IMG/VR virus record: IMGVR_UViG_3300034117_001582
Span: 1 to 64,000 of that record
Reading direction: 5' to 3' (one strand)
Length of the DNA: 64,000 nt
Positions 9,295 to 18,431 of the stretch are shown here, in pieces. The notes under the pieces were generated by a model, which made no database searches, had not been told where the DNA came from, and saw nothing but the letters and a program-made list of their open reading frames with translations. Both the position numbers and the translations under genes were made by a program. Positions within the stretch are counted from its first letter, which is position 1; each line of letters starts with the position of its first letter.

Positions 9295-9367
9295 AAAAAT
9301 AAGGGTAGACACGGGTCTAGCTAGCCATCTTTCAGGAAAGGCCCTTACTAATATTCTACCCTTTTAG

Positions 9368-9440
9368 TTGCGGGAACAGGGCTCGAACCTGTAATCTCGG
9401 CTTATGAGACCGAGCGGATGACCAATTTCCACATCCCGCG
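9368..9440 (-). tRNA. initiator-type tRNA-fMet(CAU)
   Basis: C1:A72 mismatch, purine11:pyrimidine24, loop CTCATAA. Confidence 0.85.
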
Positions 9441-9445
9441 ATATG

Positions 9446-9519
9446 TAGTTAATACTGGACTCGAACCAATGACCTATTCCGTATCAGGGAATCGCTCTAA
9501 CCAACTGAGCTAATTAACT
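9446..9519 (-). tRNA. tRNA-Ile(GAU)
   Basis: cloverleaf, loop CTGATAC. Confidence 0.92.
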
Positions 9520-9594
9520 ATGTCCTCGTCTTTCCGAGATGTCAATAGGGATATTTTGTGTACAATTCAGGACTCTCATATACTTCCTTATTAG

Positions 9595-9667
9595 CACGCC
9601 CGGATGGATTCGAACCACCAACACTTGGTTTTGGAAACCAATGCTCTACCGTTGGAGCTACAGACGT
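9595..9667 (-). tRNA. tRNA-Trp(CCA)
   Basis: cloverleaf, loop TTCCAAA. Confidence 0.92.
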
Positions 9668-9679
9668 GTGTCTTATTTG

Positions 9680-9753
9680 GGTAACTAATGGGAATTGAAC
9701 CCATGGCACAAGGTACCACAAACCTTTGCTCTACCAACTGAGCTATAGTCACC
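9680..9753 (-). tRNA. tRNA-His(GUG)
   Basis: G-1:C73 identity pair, loop TTGTGGT. Confidence 0.92.
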
Positions 9754-9860
9754 ATTTATTTGTAGTTAAGTAGCTGACACACACTCTCGTTTCACCATCT
9801 TATGTCAACAGGTTAATGCACTTTACGAGTTTCCCGTTTCTTACCACCACAATATTTTAA

Positions 9861-9966
9861 TTTCAATGAACTTCTTCTTTCTTCACGGGAGTAGGACACC
9901 AACCTCTCACTTCCTACCCCCGTTGTTTCTCTTACAAAGATATGTAATCACTTTTGATTTGCCAAA
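9861..9966 (-). promoter_or_regulatory. Bacteroidota sigma-A-type promoter with hairpin + boxA-like leader for the tRNA operon
   Basis: TTTG (9966-9963), 20 nt, TATCTTTG (9942-9935); then hairpin ACGGGGGTAGGA...TCCTACTCCCGT and GTTCATTGAAA. Confidence 0.75.
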
Positions 9967-10001
9967 CAATTTGTAAAATATTTTTTATTTTTTTTTAAAA
10001 C

Positions 10002-10031
10002 AAAAAACCCCACTTTTTTGAAGAGGGGTTC
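10002..10031 (-). terminator. intrinsic terminator
   Basis: AACCCC..GGGGTT hairpin with minus-strand U tract. Confidence 0.6.
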
Positions 10032-10070
10032 TAAATGTTTTATTTGTGTTTTTTAATTACCTGATTGTGT

Positions 10071-10478
10071 TCATCTGTAATTATCATCACTTCCATCATC
10101 CATGTCCTCATCGTTCTCAAGACCACGCCATACACTATCATAATCAGGATTATCAGCAAAACCTAATGCTCCACTTTTACTACCTTCTAAATCTCTAATA
10201 TAATTCTTTAAAAGATTAATAACTTGGTCTATCCTTTCTGCTCTTTGTCTTGGACTTACTTTTTTACTCAAACTATGTTGACTTGATAAATATCCAAATT
10301 GTCCTGGTTCAGAAAAAAGATTACCTTCATCCTCTCTAAAGAATATATCATCTAATTTTCTTTCAAAATCTAATTCTTTGTCTTCTTTTTTATTTGATTT
10401 AAATCCATCACCTTCGTTGACAATTCTTCTAACTATACGAGTTAAATCTCTTTCTGTTAATCTCATCACTCTTTTCAT
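10071..10478 (-). CDS. leader-bearing hypothetical protein (MKRVMRLTERDLTRIVRRIVNE)
   Basis: leader nearly identical to that of 53276..53776. Confidence 0.8.
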   Translation of the reverse strand: MKRVMRLTERDLTRIVRRIVNEGDGFKSNKKEDKELDFERKLDDIFFREDEGNLFSEPGQFGYLSSQHSLSKKVSPRQRAERIDQVINLLKNYIRDLEGSKSGALGFADNPDYDSVWRGLENDEDMDDGSDDNYR

Positions 10479-10537
10479 ATTAATAGTTTTATATATAAAT
10501 ATGTCTATTCATGAAAAACGTAATCATTAATGTTTTT

Positions 10538-11035
10538 TTATTTTATTTCAAATGCACATCTCATGATTTTTTTGGTTTTAGTGGCATCTTCAGGGTTTCC
10601 AATTACAACACCATCTTTGATTGTAAACGCATGTCGGTTAACAAGAACAAAGAATGTGCCCTTTGGGTTTTGTTTAACAAATGTCCCCACAGTCATGTTT
10701 CTTTTCTTTGTCTCACCTTTGATTGTTACATCATACATTAATGATCTTAACATTTGGTCATTATGTCTTACCCCAACAGGACAAACCTTTTTACCATTAA
10801 CCTTAAACAAACTGTCACCCATTTTGACAAGTTTGGATACCGTTCCGTATGTACCATTTCTTGGTTTTCTTCCAAATTCATCGGCAACATACCTATGAGC
10901 ATAATCATAAGATACTTCAAATGAGGATGCAAATGCTCTAACAACACAATCATTTCTTTCGCCTTTGGCAGTTGCTGATTCCGCATATCCTTTGATTGCC
11001 GTTCCTGTTGCTTCGTATGGTAGTTTGTTTTTCAT
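10538..11035 (-). CDS. hypothetical protein, possible Cys-His peptidase-like fold
   Basis: NDCVVRA and RHAFTI; start at MKNKL after a TATCTTTG promoter. Confidence 0.6.
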   Translation of the reverse strand: MKNKLPYEATGTAIKGYAESATAKGERNDCVVRAFASSFEVSYDYAHRYVADEFGRKPRNGTYGTVSKLVKMGDSLFKVNGKKVCPVGVRHNDQMLRSLMYDVTIKGETKKRNMTVGTFVKQNPKGTFFVLVNRHAFTIKDGVVIGNPEDATKTKKIMRCAFEIK

Positions 11036-11107
11036 ACTACAAAGATAATAAAAAAAATTGATATAAAAAAAAGGCATTGAAAAAAAATTCAACACCTTTT
11101 TAATAAT

Positions 11108-11178
11108 AAGTTGTGGCGGGACTCAAACCTGCGACACGTCCGAAATCGGATTGCTCTAACCAACTGAGCTACACAACT
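11108..11178 (-). ncRNA. tRNA-like RNA or pseudo-tRNA with collapsed anticodon loop
   Basis: AGTTGTG/CACAACT acceptor, canonical D arm GCTC-AGTTGGTTA-GAGC, anticodon arm TCCG-ATTT-CGGA, T-loop TTTGAGT. Confidence 0.75.
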
Positions 11179-11374
11179 TAATTTTTCGTTTTAAGGTCAC
11201 CCAAAAAACATCATCAATTAACCTAAATTAATTATAGGACTTCTTTTTCAGAAAAGAAAGCGATTTTCTCTTCATATTCAAACATTTCTTTGATAAACTG
11301 AAAATAGTCCTCTGAATTAATAAATTCATAATGTTGTTGTTCAAAAACGTCTTCCATAATTTTAATTTTTTTAG

Positions 11375-11448
11375 TGATTCCGAAAGGATTCGAACCTTTA
11401 ACCCTCGCCTTAGAAGGGCGATGCTCTATCCAGTTGAGCTACGGAACC
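11375..11448 (-). tRNA. tRNA-Arg(UCU)
   Basis: cloverleaf, loop CTTCTAA. Confidence 0.93.
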
Positions 11449-11454
11449 AAACGG

Positions 11455-11631
11455 CTAAACCCCTTTAACTTCGTATTTGTGACCTGAATCGGTATTGGCG
11501 TTAAAGATGTTAACCATCTCCTGTGCTTTATCTTTATTATCAAACTCCCACACCTCACCCTGACTATCCAACATAATCACAGGTAGGACTCTATTATTAG
11601 GTGTTTTTACATATTTTACAATCACAAACAT
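11455..11631 (-). CDS. small hypothetical protein (58 aa, not in ORF track)
   Basis: MFVIVKYVKTPNNRVLPVIMLDSQGEVWEFD...; upstream TATATTTG promoter. Confidence 0.65.
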   Translation of the reverse strand: MFVIVKYVKTPNNRVLPVIMLDSQGEVWEFDNKDKAQEMVNIFNANTDSGHKYEVKGV

Positions 11632-11671
11632 ATCCTTTTCTTTTTACAAATATATGGAACTTATTTCAAAT

Positions 11672-11704
11672 AAAAAACCCCCCAATTAAAAAAAGGAGGG
11701 TTTT
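11672..11704 (-). terminator. intrinsic terminator
   Basis: AAAACCC..GGGTTTT hairpin. Confidence 0.6.
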
Positions 11705-11721
11705 AAGTATTTTTATACTTG

Positions 11722-12288
11722 TTATAATCCTGATTTACTTTTTTCAACTGACTTATCACCTGTTGCTGTAGTCATTTTTAATTTATTTTTTTGAACATCT
11801 CCTTGTTGGTTATATTTTGTAACTTGTTTGTATTTTGTACCATCATCGTCAGTTCCTTTTTGAACTTGTCTTCCTGTATTACCTTTTGGGTTCAATAATA
11901 ATGAAACCGCTTTTTTAACTTCTTCGGCAGTATTATATCCTTGACCGTTATTTGTCGCATTAACATAGTGGTTAGAACCTTCAGGAAACATTTTTATTTT
12001 ACCATCAGTCATCCCACTGTGGTGTTGCACATAAAATTTACCACTAGGGTGTACCTTATATCCTTCAGGACATGTTGTTCCAGTTAATTGAAAATAATTT
12101 TCACTATCTCTTACACACATTGTTTTTTCTACTTTCATAATATACAAATCACCGGTATTTGCAGCAGCAACATCTTTGAATGGGCCTTCCACTTTGGTGT
12201 ATTGTTCATTCAATAGACCCTTTTTAAATCCTTCATGTAAATTAAGGATTCTTCTTTTCTCTTCTTCACTAATAATAAACTTTCTCAT
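11722..12288 (-). CDS. leader-bearing hypothetical protein
   Basis: MRKFIISEEEKRRILNLH...LLNEQ. Confidence 0.75.
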   Translation of the reverse strand: MRKFIISEEEKRRILNLHEGFKKGLLNEQYTKVEGPFKDVAAANTGDLYIMKVEKTMCVRDSENYFQLTGTTCPEGYKVHPSGKFYVQHHSGMTDGKIKMFPEGSNHYVNATNNGQGYNTAEEVKKAVSLLLNPKGNTGRQVQKGTDDDGTKYKQVTKYNQQGDVQKNKLKMTTATGDKSVEKSKSGL

Positions 12289-12289
12289 C

Positions 12290-12589
12290 TTACTGTCCAA
12301 TAATTAAATCGTTAGGGTCGAAACCATTTGGTCCTTTAACCCTATCTTCTAATTCGTCATACATATATGATTTAACCACAGATGTAACTGATTGTTCTGC
12401 CTGAGCAATTTTTGATTCCATCCAGTCATCAAGTTGTTCACCTTCCTCCATTAACTCCCACATTTTGTAACAAAGTGTTGCCATGGTAAACAATTGTTGT
12501 TTTGCCATGTAAGAACCTTCGTGGTGTTCTTCTTTGATTGTTCTAACAACTTGTTTAAATTGTTTTTCTGTTATAATGATTTTGCTCAT
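12290..12589 (-). CDS. leader-bearing hypothetical protein
   Basis: MSKIIITEKQFKQVV..IKEE; MAKQQL...DWMESKIAQAE phage motif. Confidence 0.75.
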   Translation of the reverse strand: MSKIIITEKQFKQVVRTIKEEHHEGSYMAKQQLFTMATLCYKMWELMEEGEQLDDWMESKIAQAEQSVTSVVKSYMYDELEDRVKGPNGFDPNDLIIGQ

Positions 12590-12601
12590 TTTTTTATAAT
12601 G

Positions 12602-13084
12602 TTATGCTGCCTTCACAGTTTCCAAAAATCCTTCATTTATTCCTTTTAGTTGTGCAATGGCTTCAGAGTATGCCTTCATCCCTTGATTTAACTTTTCCAA
12701 TCTATCCGTCATATCACCACCACCTCTTTTAGGTCCTAACTTATCTGCTCTTTTTTCTATTTTTTCTTTATTTGCTTCATCAAATAAAAATGATAAATCA
12801 CTTTCCATTTCAGTTAACTCATTTTGCATCGTTACCGCTCTATTTCTAACTCTGGTGTATGCCGCTTCAAGATTTGGGTTTAATCTATCCCCACCTGCAA
12901 ATACTGACCCAAGATTTTGACCAAAAGTTTTAAACCTACTAAAGAACCCAGCGGTATTTGCTTTTAATTTATCCCACCATCCTTCATTTAATGTTTCAAT
13001 TCTTTGTCGACTTTCCTGAATAAACCTTTTTTCTGTAAGTTTATTCAATTCTTGCATTTGTCTAATTTTTGTGTAACTTTTCAT
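12602..13084 (-). CDS. helical hypothetical protein
   Basis: start MKSYTK; LNEGWWDKLK motif. Confidence 0.7.
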   Translation of the reverse strand: MKSYTKIRQMQELNKLTEKRFIQESRQRIETLNEGWWDKLKANTAGFFSRFKTFGQNLGSVFAGGDRLNPNLEAAYTRVRNRAVTMQNELTEMESDLSFLFDEANKEKIEKRADKLGPKRGGGDMTDRLEKLNQGMKAYSEAIAQLKGINEGFLETVKAA

Positions 13085-13109
13085 TTTTTTAATTTTATAT
13101 TTTATTTTA

Positions 13110-13478
13110 TTACCATGTTCTACATGCCCAATATCTTGGTTTCCATCTTGGTCCAGGATTATCACAATTGTGTCTTGCTCTAAACGATTTTCTTCTTTCA
13201 GGATTATTTTTTTTAATCCTCATTATTTTACCTTTGGCTGATTTTCCACCAAAACCAAAGTTTACTTTAACAACAGTACCTTTGTCGTTTTTAACGTACA
13301 CCTTGGACTTTTTAATATCTCCCTGCATAATCTTACCAAGTTGGACGTTTCTACCCTGATACTCAGCTTCGTTTAAAAAATTAACCTTTTCAACTGATCC
13401 ATATATATCCTCATATAAATATTTTTTTATAGAGAATTCTTCATTTAATACTTTTCTAATAATTGATTCTATAATCAT
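13110..13478 (-). CDS. conserved basic phage protein
   Basis: EAEYQGR...VNFG...RRKSFRARHNC...YWAC; leader MIIESIIRKVLNEE. Confidence 0.8.
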   Translation of the reverse strand: MIIESIIRKVLNEEFSIKKYLYEDIYGSVEKVNFLNEAEYQGRNVQLGKIMQGDIKKSKVYVKNDKGTVVKVNFGFGGKSAKGKIMRIKKNNPERRKSFRARHNCDNPGPRWKPRYWACRTW

Positions 13479-13561
13479 ATTAATAAATATCATATAAAAT
13501 AAAATAGGCATTATTTAAATTAATATTTGTGATATTAAAAAAAAAATATTAAGTTTGTAGT

Positions 13562-14158
13562 ATGATGTATATGAAATCTTTGTTGGTATTATTATTTCCG
13601 TTTATTATGTTTTCACAAACAAATAGTGATGTGTATTCATATTATAAAGAAATCACTTCTGGGTCAGAACATGGTAGTTCAAGTGGTTCTTTCAAATTTT
13701 ATAACGATGTTTATATCTTTATTGAGGGCGATTATTCCGATTCGTTATATCTTGAACTATTAACAATAGTTTCAGAATTAAATGATTTAATTGACCCAAT
13801 ACAGTTTTATATTACTGATAAAAAAGACTCATCTAACATTCAAATTTATTGTGGTGATTCTAAAACCTATGCTAAAAAATACACATTTAGTAAATCAGAA
13901 ATTGTTAATGCTTGGGGCTTAACGTTTATGTTTACAAAAAACGACACTATTGAGTTGTCTTTGGTGTTTATCGACACTAAAAGAAATTTGGATGAAAACC
14001 AAAGAAAAGATATATTACGTGAGGAATTAACCCAATCGTTGGGGTTTGGTCAGGATTCTTACTTATATCCTAATAGTGTTTTTTATCAGGGGTGGACCGA
14101 AATACATCATTACGCAGATATTGATAAAGAAATAATAAAACTTCATTACAACAAATAA
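13562..14158 (+). CDS. secreted DUF2927-like protein
   Basis: signal peptide; ILREELTQSLG..DS..YPNSVFY. Confidence 0.7.
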   Translation: MMYMKSLLVLLFPFIMFSQTNSDVYSYYKEITSGSEHGSSSGSFKFYNDVYIFIEGDYSDSLYLELLTIVSELNDLIDPIQFYITDKKDSSNIQIYCGDSKTYAKKYTFSKSEIVNAWGLTFMFTKNDTIELSLVFIDTKRNLDENQRKDILREELTQSLGFGQDSYLYPNSVFYQGWTEIHHYADIDKEIIKLHYNK

Positions 14159-14315
14159 TCGTATAGTTATCTGACCTTATTATTTATCCCTTACGGTTAC
14201 AATAAGGGATTTTAAAGTCTCCTACGTTCTGTTTACCACAACTTCCACCAGCACAAGAATCATTAATAAACTCTTACTTTAATACCTTTTTTATGATTTG
14301 ATTAATGTTCATATT

Positions 14316-15680
14316 TTATAAATATGGTTTAATAAATTTATCAAATCTAGTGTCAGGAGCATCAGGTTTACCGGCTTTCAATGCTAACTTGAAGAATTCG
14401 TCATTTGGATCGATTTGTTTACTTGGGAAGATACCTCTTGGATCATACTGTTTATCTACTTGTTGTTGTAAAACTTTTGTAATTTTACCATTTGTGTCCC
14501 AATATATTTTCCACCTAACAACAGGTCTAACGTATGGCTGACCATTTACGTTCATTTGATATTTAATCTCGTAACTAGACATGTGTGAGTCTGCCGATTT
14601 TTTATTTTCGTCTGCCACAAGTAGTGTCTGACTACACGAATCAAAGGTGTTTGGTCGTGCGCCAGCATTTAATGAGTTTTTACCGTTACAGAAATAAGCA
14701 CCGGTTAATACAAACCCATCTCTACCTAATTTTTTGAACTCATCAATATTATTTGGTATTTTACCTCCAATTGGATCTTTTGGTGTATTATCTGTTGAGC
14801 TACTTGTCTCTTCAACACCACAAATATCAATTTCAACTATAACTATTTGTCCGGGATTTGGGTATTTACCCGTATTACGTGTATCGTCAACCTTACCTCC
14901 AGTATCAACAACATAAGATAATACTTGAGGTTTTAATGTAGGACTTAATGCTATGCCCTTTGATGGTAAAGTTTTAACTAATTCAGCATAAAGACCGTTA
15001 GCCCTATCAACCGCTAATTGTTTGTTTTTAGCAAACTGATTAGGATCATAAGCAGGATTATCAGGATATTTTTGAAAATTATAATTATTATCCATTTCAG
15101 GTTTTACCGGTTTACCTCCGTATCTATTACTAGCCCCACCAGTTAATCTAATACCACTAACCACAGCCTTACCTTTAACATAACTCGCATTAGTTACTTC
15201 GTTAGTCTTTATCCCATTAATTAGATTTGCCATGAATTTTGTCATATTTGCAGGGTTTGATGTTACCCTTACAGGGAAAGACCCTATAACCGTAATTTTA
15301 GTACATTTAGCACCAAAACTAGAAGGTGTAACACCTTCCTTAGCAATTTGTGTTGATGCAGAAACCCCACTATCAACGTCAGGTCCTGAATCGTTACTTT
15401 TAGGCTTAGTATCGGCTAAGGTTCCACAACCAGGTGTTCTACCAAAAATTTTAGTACATATGGCTTCTCTACCTTTAGATGTTGTATGTTTTTTCCAATT
15501 TGGGTTCACCCCATCGGTTTTCATTGCATAAAAATATTCGTCACCTTCTTTTTTATATTGATATGGGTCCCCCTGACCACCTTGCTTAACTTCTTGTTCA
15601 TTTAATAACTTTTTATAGTTATTATGCATCTCAATTATTTGTTTTTTTTCTTTTTCATTCAGGATAAACATATTTTTCAT
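14316..15680 (-). CDS. leader-bearing protein with OmpA-C-like segment
   Basis: MKNMFILNEKEKKQIIEMH leader; LTGGASN...NKQLAVDRA. Confidence 0.65.
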   Translation of the reverse strand: MKNMFILNEKEKKQIIEMHNNYKKLLNEQEVKQGGQGDPYQYKKEGDEYFYAMKTDGVNPNWKKHTTSKGREAICTKIFGRTPGCGTLADTKPKSNDSGPDVDSGVSASTQIAKEGVTPSSFGAKCTKITVIGSFPVRVTSNPANMTKFMANLINGIKTNEVTNASYVKGKAVVSGIRLTGGASNRYGGKPVKPEMDNNYNFQKYPDNPAYDPNQFAKNKQLAVDRANGLYAELVKTLPSKGIALSPTLKPQVLSYVVDTGGKVDDTRNTGKYPNPGQIVIVEIDICGVEETSSSTDNTPKDPIGGKIPNNIDEFKKLGRDGFVLTGAYFCNGKNSLNAGARPNTFDSCSQTLLVADENKKSADSHMSSYEIKYQMNVNGQPYVRPVVRWKIYWDTNGKITKVLQQQVDKQYDPRGIFPSKQIDPNDEFFKLALKAGKPDAPDTRFDKFIKPYL

Positions 15681-15713
15681 AAACAGAATTTATAATAAAT
15701 ATCCTATAAAATA

Positions 15714-15739
15714 AAAAAGGTGGAATTTCTTCCACCTTA
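15714..15739 (-). terminator. intrinsic terminator (near-identical copy at 17304-17336)
   Basis: AAGGTGGAA-TTTC-TTCCACCTT. Confidence 0.7.
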
Positions 15740-15754
15740 TTATTATTATTATTA

Positions 15755-17272
15755 TTACGCAACCCTTACTTTATTTCCGGGGTTTATTTTTAACCCATTG
15801 GCATAATTAAGTTGGTTTAATATTTCCATAGTTAAACCAGCACCTGCAAATTTTTGTAATATTTTTTGTAGAGTGTCTCCTTTAGCGATTGTATAATATA
15901 ATTTAGTAACTTTTCCAACAATTTGTTTTGTAATATTTTTATCTCCTACCGCAGCCACTTTTTTCCCTAAACTTACTAAATCAAAATGGCTACCTTTAGC
16001 CACTTTCATATTTTGAGTTAATGCTCCTGTACTGAAATATTTCTTCATTCCTTTCCCAATTTCTAAAAAAAAGTTTTCAACCGACTTAGTAAATTTTTGG
16101 AGTGGCTTCATTACTTTTCCAATTAATGGAATTTTAGTGGTAATCCATGTAAATGCTTGTCCTATTTTTGTAATTATTGTTCCTCCACCTGTTACAATTT
16201 TTTGTAACCATGGAACTACGGTTTTAGTAATTGCGGGAGTTGTTTTTGAGGCGCTTGCAATTCCTGGTATAAATGCTTGAATTGATTTAATTGTGGTTAA
16301 AGTGGTTTTAACTCCCTTGAATATTGCCGCCGCAGCCCCCGAACCTAATAATCCGACACAATCAGTTAATACATTATACCAATTCCAATTTCCTTTTGCG
16401 AATCCTTGATACCCAATGTCATAAACAGTTAGTAATCCCCAAGCTATCAAATTTACCAAATTACCAACACCCGTTAGAGCTAAAACTATTTGTATAGCTA
16501 TTCCGGCAACTCCATTTAAAAAATTTCTAAATGTTTCAACCCAATCTTCGAATGTCATTTTTTTTATTTTTTCCCAATTGTCGTAAACTTTTTTTGCGTC
16601 CATTCCTAATTTGATTGTATTTAATCCTGGAACCAAATACGCAAACTCACTATCCAAAAATTTAGTAATATAAGGTGTAACAGTTTGAACCACTTTTTTT
16701 CCGATCTCAATACCTTTATTTATTCCTGTTTTTACTGTTTGATATCCTTTTTGTAACCCAGTTTTTACTGTTTGCACTCCGGCCTTTGCTAGTGCAACAC
16801 CTTTATTTGCTACTGTTTTTACTGCATTAACACCTGAGTCGACTAAATTACCAACACCGTCCCAAAATCCTTGTTCATTTAATGAAATGTTAAAATTTCT
16901 TCTATTAAGGAATCCACATTCGTAAAGTACGCTACTTTTTAAAAAATCAAAAAAGTTATACAAAGTTCTAAATGAATGATTGGAACTTTCTAATAACATA
17001 TTATTTGTAAAATTATTATCAAATTGCTCATGTATGAAATTTGTTCTTGGGAATATATCTAAAACGTAATTATCCATCATCTCTTCAAGATATTCTTGTC
17101 TTTTAGATTCGTTCATTTTTTTCATGTTTTTAATGTGAAGACCTTTTTGGCTATTCAATTCATTAAATAAAGTTCCAAAAACTTTTTTAAAATTTGACAT
17201 TTCCATTTGTTGTTTTGTTTTTTGAGCAATTAAGTCAACTTGGTTTTCAGATAGTAAATATATGTTTTTCAT
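15755..17272 (-). CDS. leader-bearing protein with hydrophobic helical bundle and C-terminal LysM
   Basis: YTIAKGDTL...INPGNKVRV LysM; long Gly/Ala-rich hydrophobic helices. Confidence 0.75.
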   Translation of the reverse strand: MKNIYLLSENQVDLIAQKTKQQMEMSNFKKVFGTLFNELNSQKGLHIKNMKKMNESKRQEYLEEMMDNYVLDIFPRTNFIHEQFDNNFTNNMLLESSNHSFRTLYNFFDFLKSSVLYECGFLNRRNFNISLNEQGFWDGVGNLVDSGVNAVKTVANKGVALAKAGVQTVKTGLQKGYQTVKTGINKGIEIGKKVVQTVTPYITKFLDSEFAYLVPGLNTIKLGMDAKKVYDNWEKIKKMTFEDWVETFRNFLNGVAGIAIQIVLALTGVGNLVNLIAWGLLTVYDIGYQGFAKGNWNWYNVLTDCVGLLGSGAAAAIFKGVKTTLTTIKSIQAFIPGIASASKTTPAITKTVVPWLQKIVTGGGTIITKIGQAFTWITTKIPLIGKVMKPLQKFTKSVENFFLEIGKGMKKYFSTGALTQNMKVAKGSHFDLVSLGKKVAAVGDKNITKQIVGKVTKLYYTIAKGDTLQKILQKFAGAGLTMEILNQLNYANGLKINPGNKVRVA

Positions 17273-17303
17273 TTTCTTTTTAATTATAAATATATAAAGA
17301 AAC

Positions 17304-17336
17304 AAAAAAAGGTGGAATCTCTTCCACCTTTTTTTG
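17304..17336. terminator. bidirectional intrinsic terminator
   Basis: A7-GGTGGAA-TCTC-TTCCACC-T tract. Confidence 0.75.
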
Positions 17337-17393
17337 GGTCGACATTGAATGTCAACTGCCCCACCACTTCATTTTAAAGATTAAACAAAGAAA

Positions 17394-17660
17394 CTATCCC
17401 TCAAGTTTTGATTTTGCAATAACAACATCAGACATTGACATTTCTTTGGTGTTACCTAACACCAAACTTTCTTTTAACATTACATTTGGTACGTGAATTA
17501 AAAAGTCTTTACCGTTGTATGTCGTAAAGTCATTACCCAAAGCTAATGCTGTGTGAATCATTTTTAAAAAAATCTTGAATTGAGTTTCATCAACAAATGT
17601 TTCGTTGATTAACTCCCCATACTTTGGGTGAACAAGTAATATGTTTTTAATTGATGCCAT
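17394..17660 (-). CDS. hypothetical protein
   Basis: ORF preceded by TATCTTTG. Confidence 0.7.
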   Translation of the reverse strand: MASIKNILLVHPKYGELINETFVDETQFKIFLKMIHTALALGNDFTTYNGKDFLIHVPNVMLKESLVLGNTKEMSMSDVVIAKSKLEG

Positions 17661-17715
17661 TTTCTTATTGTTTCTACAAAGATAATAAATTTATTTTAAT
17701 TTTTCAAACATTTTT

Positions 17716-18135
17716 TTAATGAACATACTTAATTTTTGAAATAATGGTATCGCTACTGTTTGTTAACCCAAAGTATTTTAAATCATCCATAACGTATTGT
17801 TTGATGTCGTATCGGTAATAATCATTTATTGATCTAACTCTACTAGATAAAATATGTTTAACATAATATTCGCTATGATTCATAAACTTGGTATTTTTAA
17901 TGTCAACTTCAACATCAACCTCATAAACAAATGAGTTCTCTCTTTCCAAATAATATCTGTTTCTATATTTTCTAACGGATGTGATTTTAATTGTAGACCC
18001 TGAAAGGATATCGTAACGATCATATCGATTATCATGTCGACCATCTACAGTTATGGCCATATTTTTGTTAATTTTTTTAATAGACAATATCTCTTTGTCT
18101 TTTATTGCTCTACCAATTTTATATCCGTTTTCCAT
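17716..18135 (-). CDS. hypothetical protein
   Basis: start MENGYK after TATCTTTG. Confidence 0.65.
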   Translation of the reverse strand: MENGYKIGRAIKDKEILSIKKINKNMAITVDGRHDNRYDRYDILSGSTIKITSVRKYRNRYYLERENSFVYEVDVEVDIKNTKFMNHSEYYVKHILSSRVRSINDYYRYDIKQYVMDDLKYFGLTNSSDTIISKIKYVH

Positions 18136-18214
18136 ACAACAAAGATACGCAAAAAAATGAATTGCACAAAAAAACCCACCAAAAAGTAGGTTTAATTTTA
18201 AAATAAATGTAAAA

Positions 18215-18400
18215 TTATTTTTTTGTTGTCTCAGAAACAACTTCAGTTGTTGTTAAAGTAGAGTCCGATACGTTTGTTACATCTTCACTTGAAACTTCAG
18301 TCGAAGCTTCAGTTGTTGCTCCATTTCCGTTTTCACCACAAGCAGTCATAAGAGTGATTGTCGTAAAAAGAACGATAGATAAGATAATTAATTTTTGCAT
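18215..18400 (-). CDS. small lipoprotein
   Basis: signal + LMTAC lipobox, Thr/Glu-rich tail. Confidence 0.65.
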   Translation of the reverse strand: MQKLIILSIVLFTTITLMTACGENGNGATTEASTEVSSEDVTNVSDSTLTTTEVVSETTKK

Positions 18401-18431
18401 GCTTTCAATTGAATTTAAAGTTTATGTTAAA

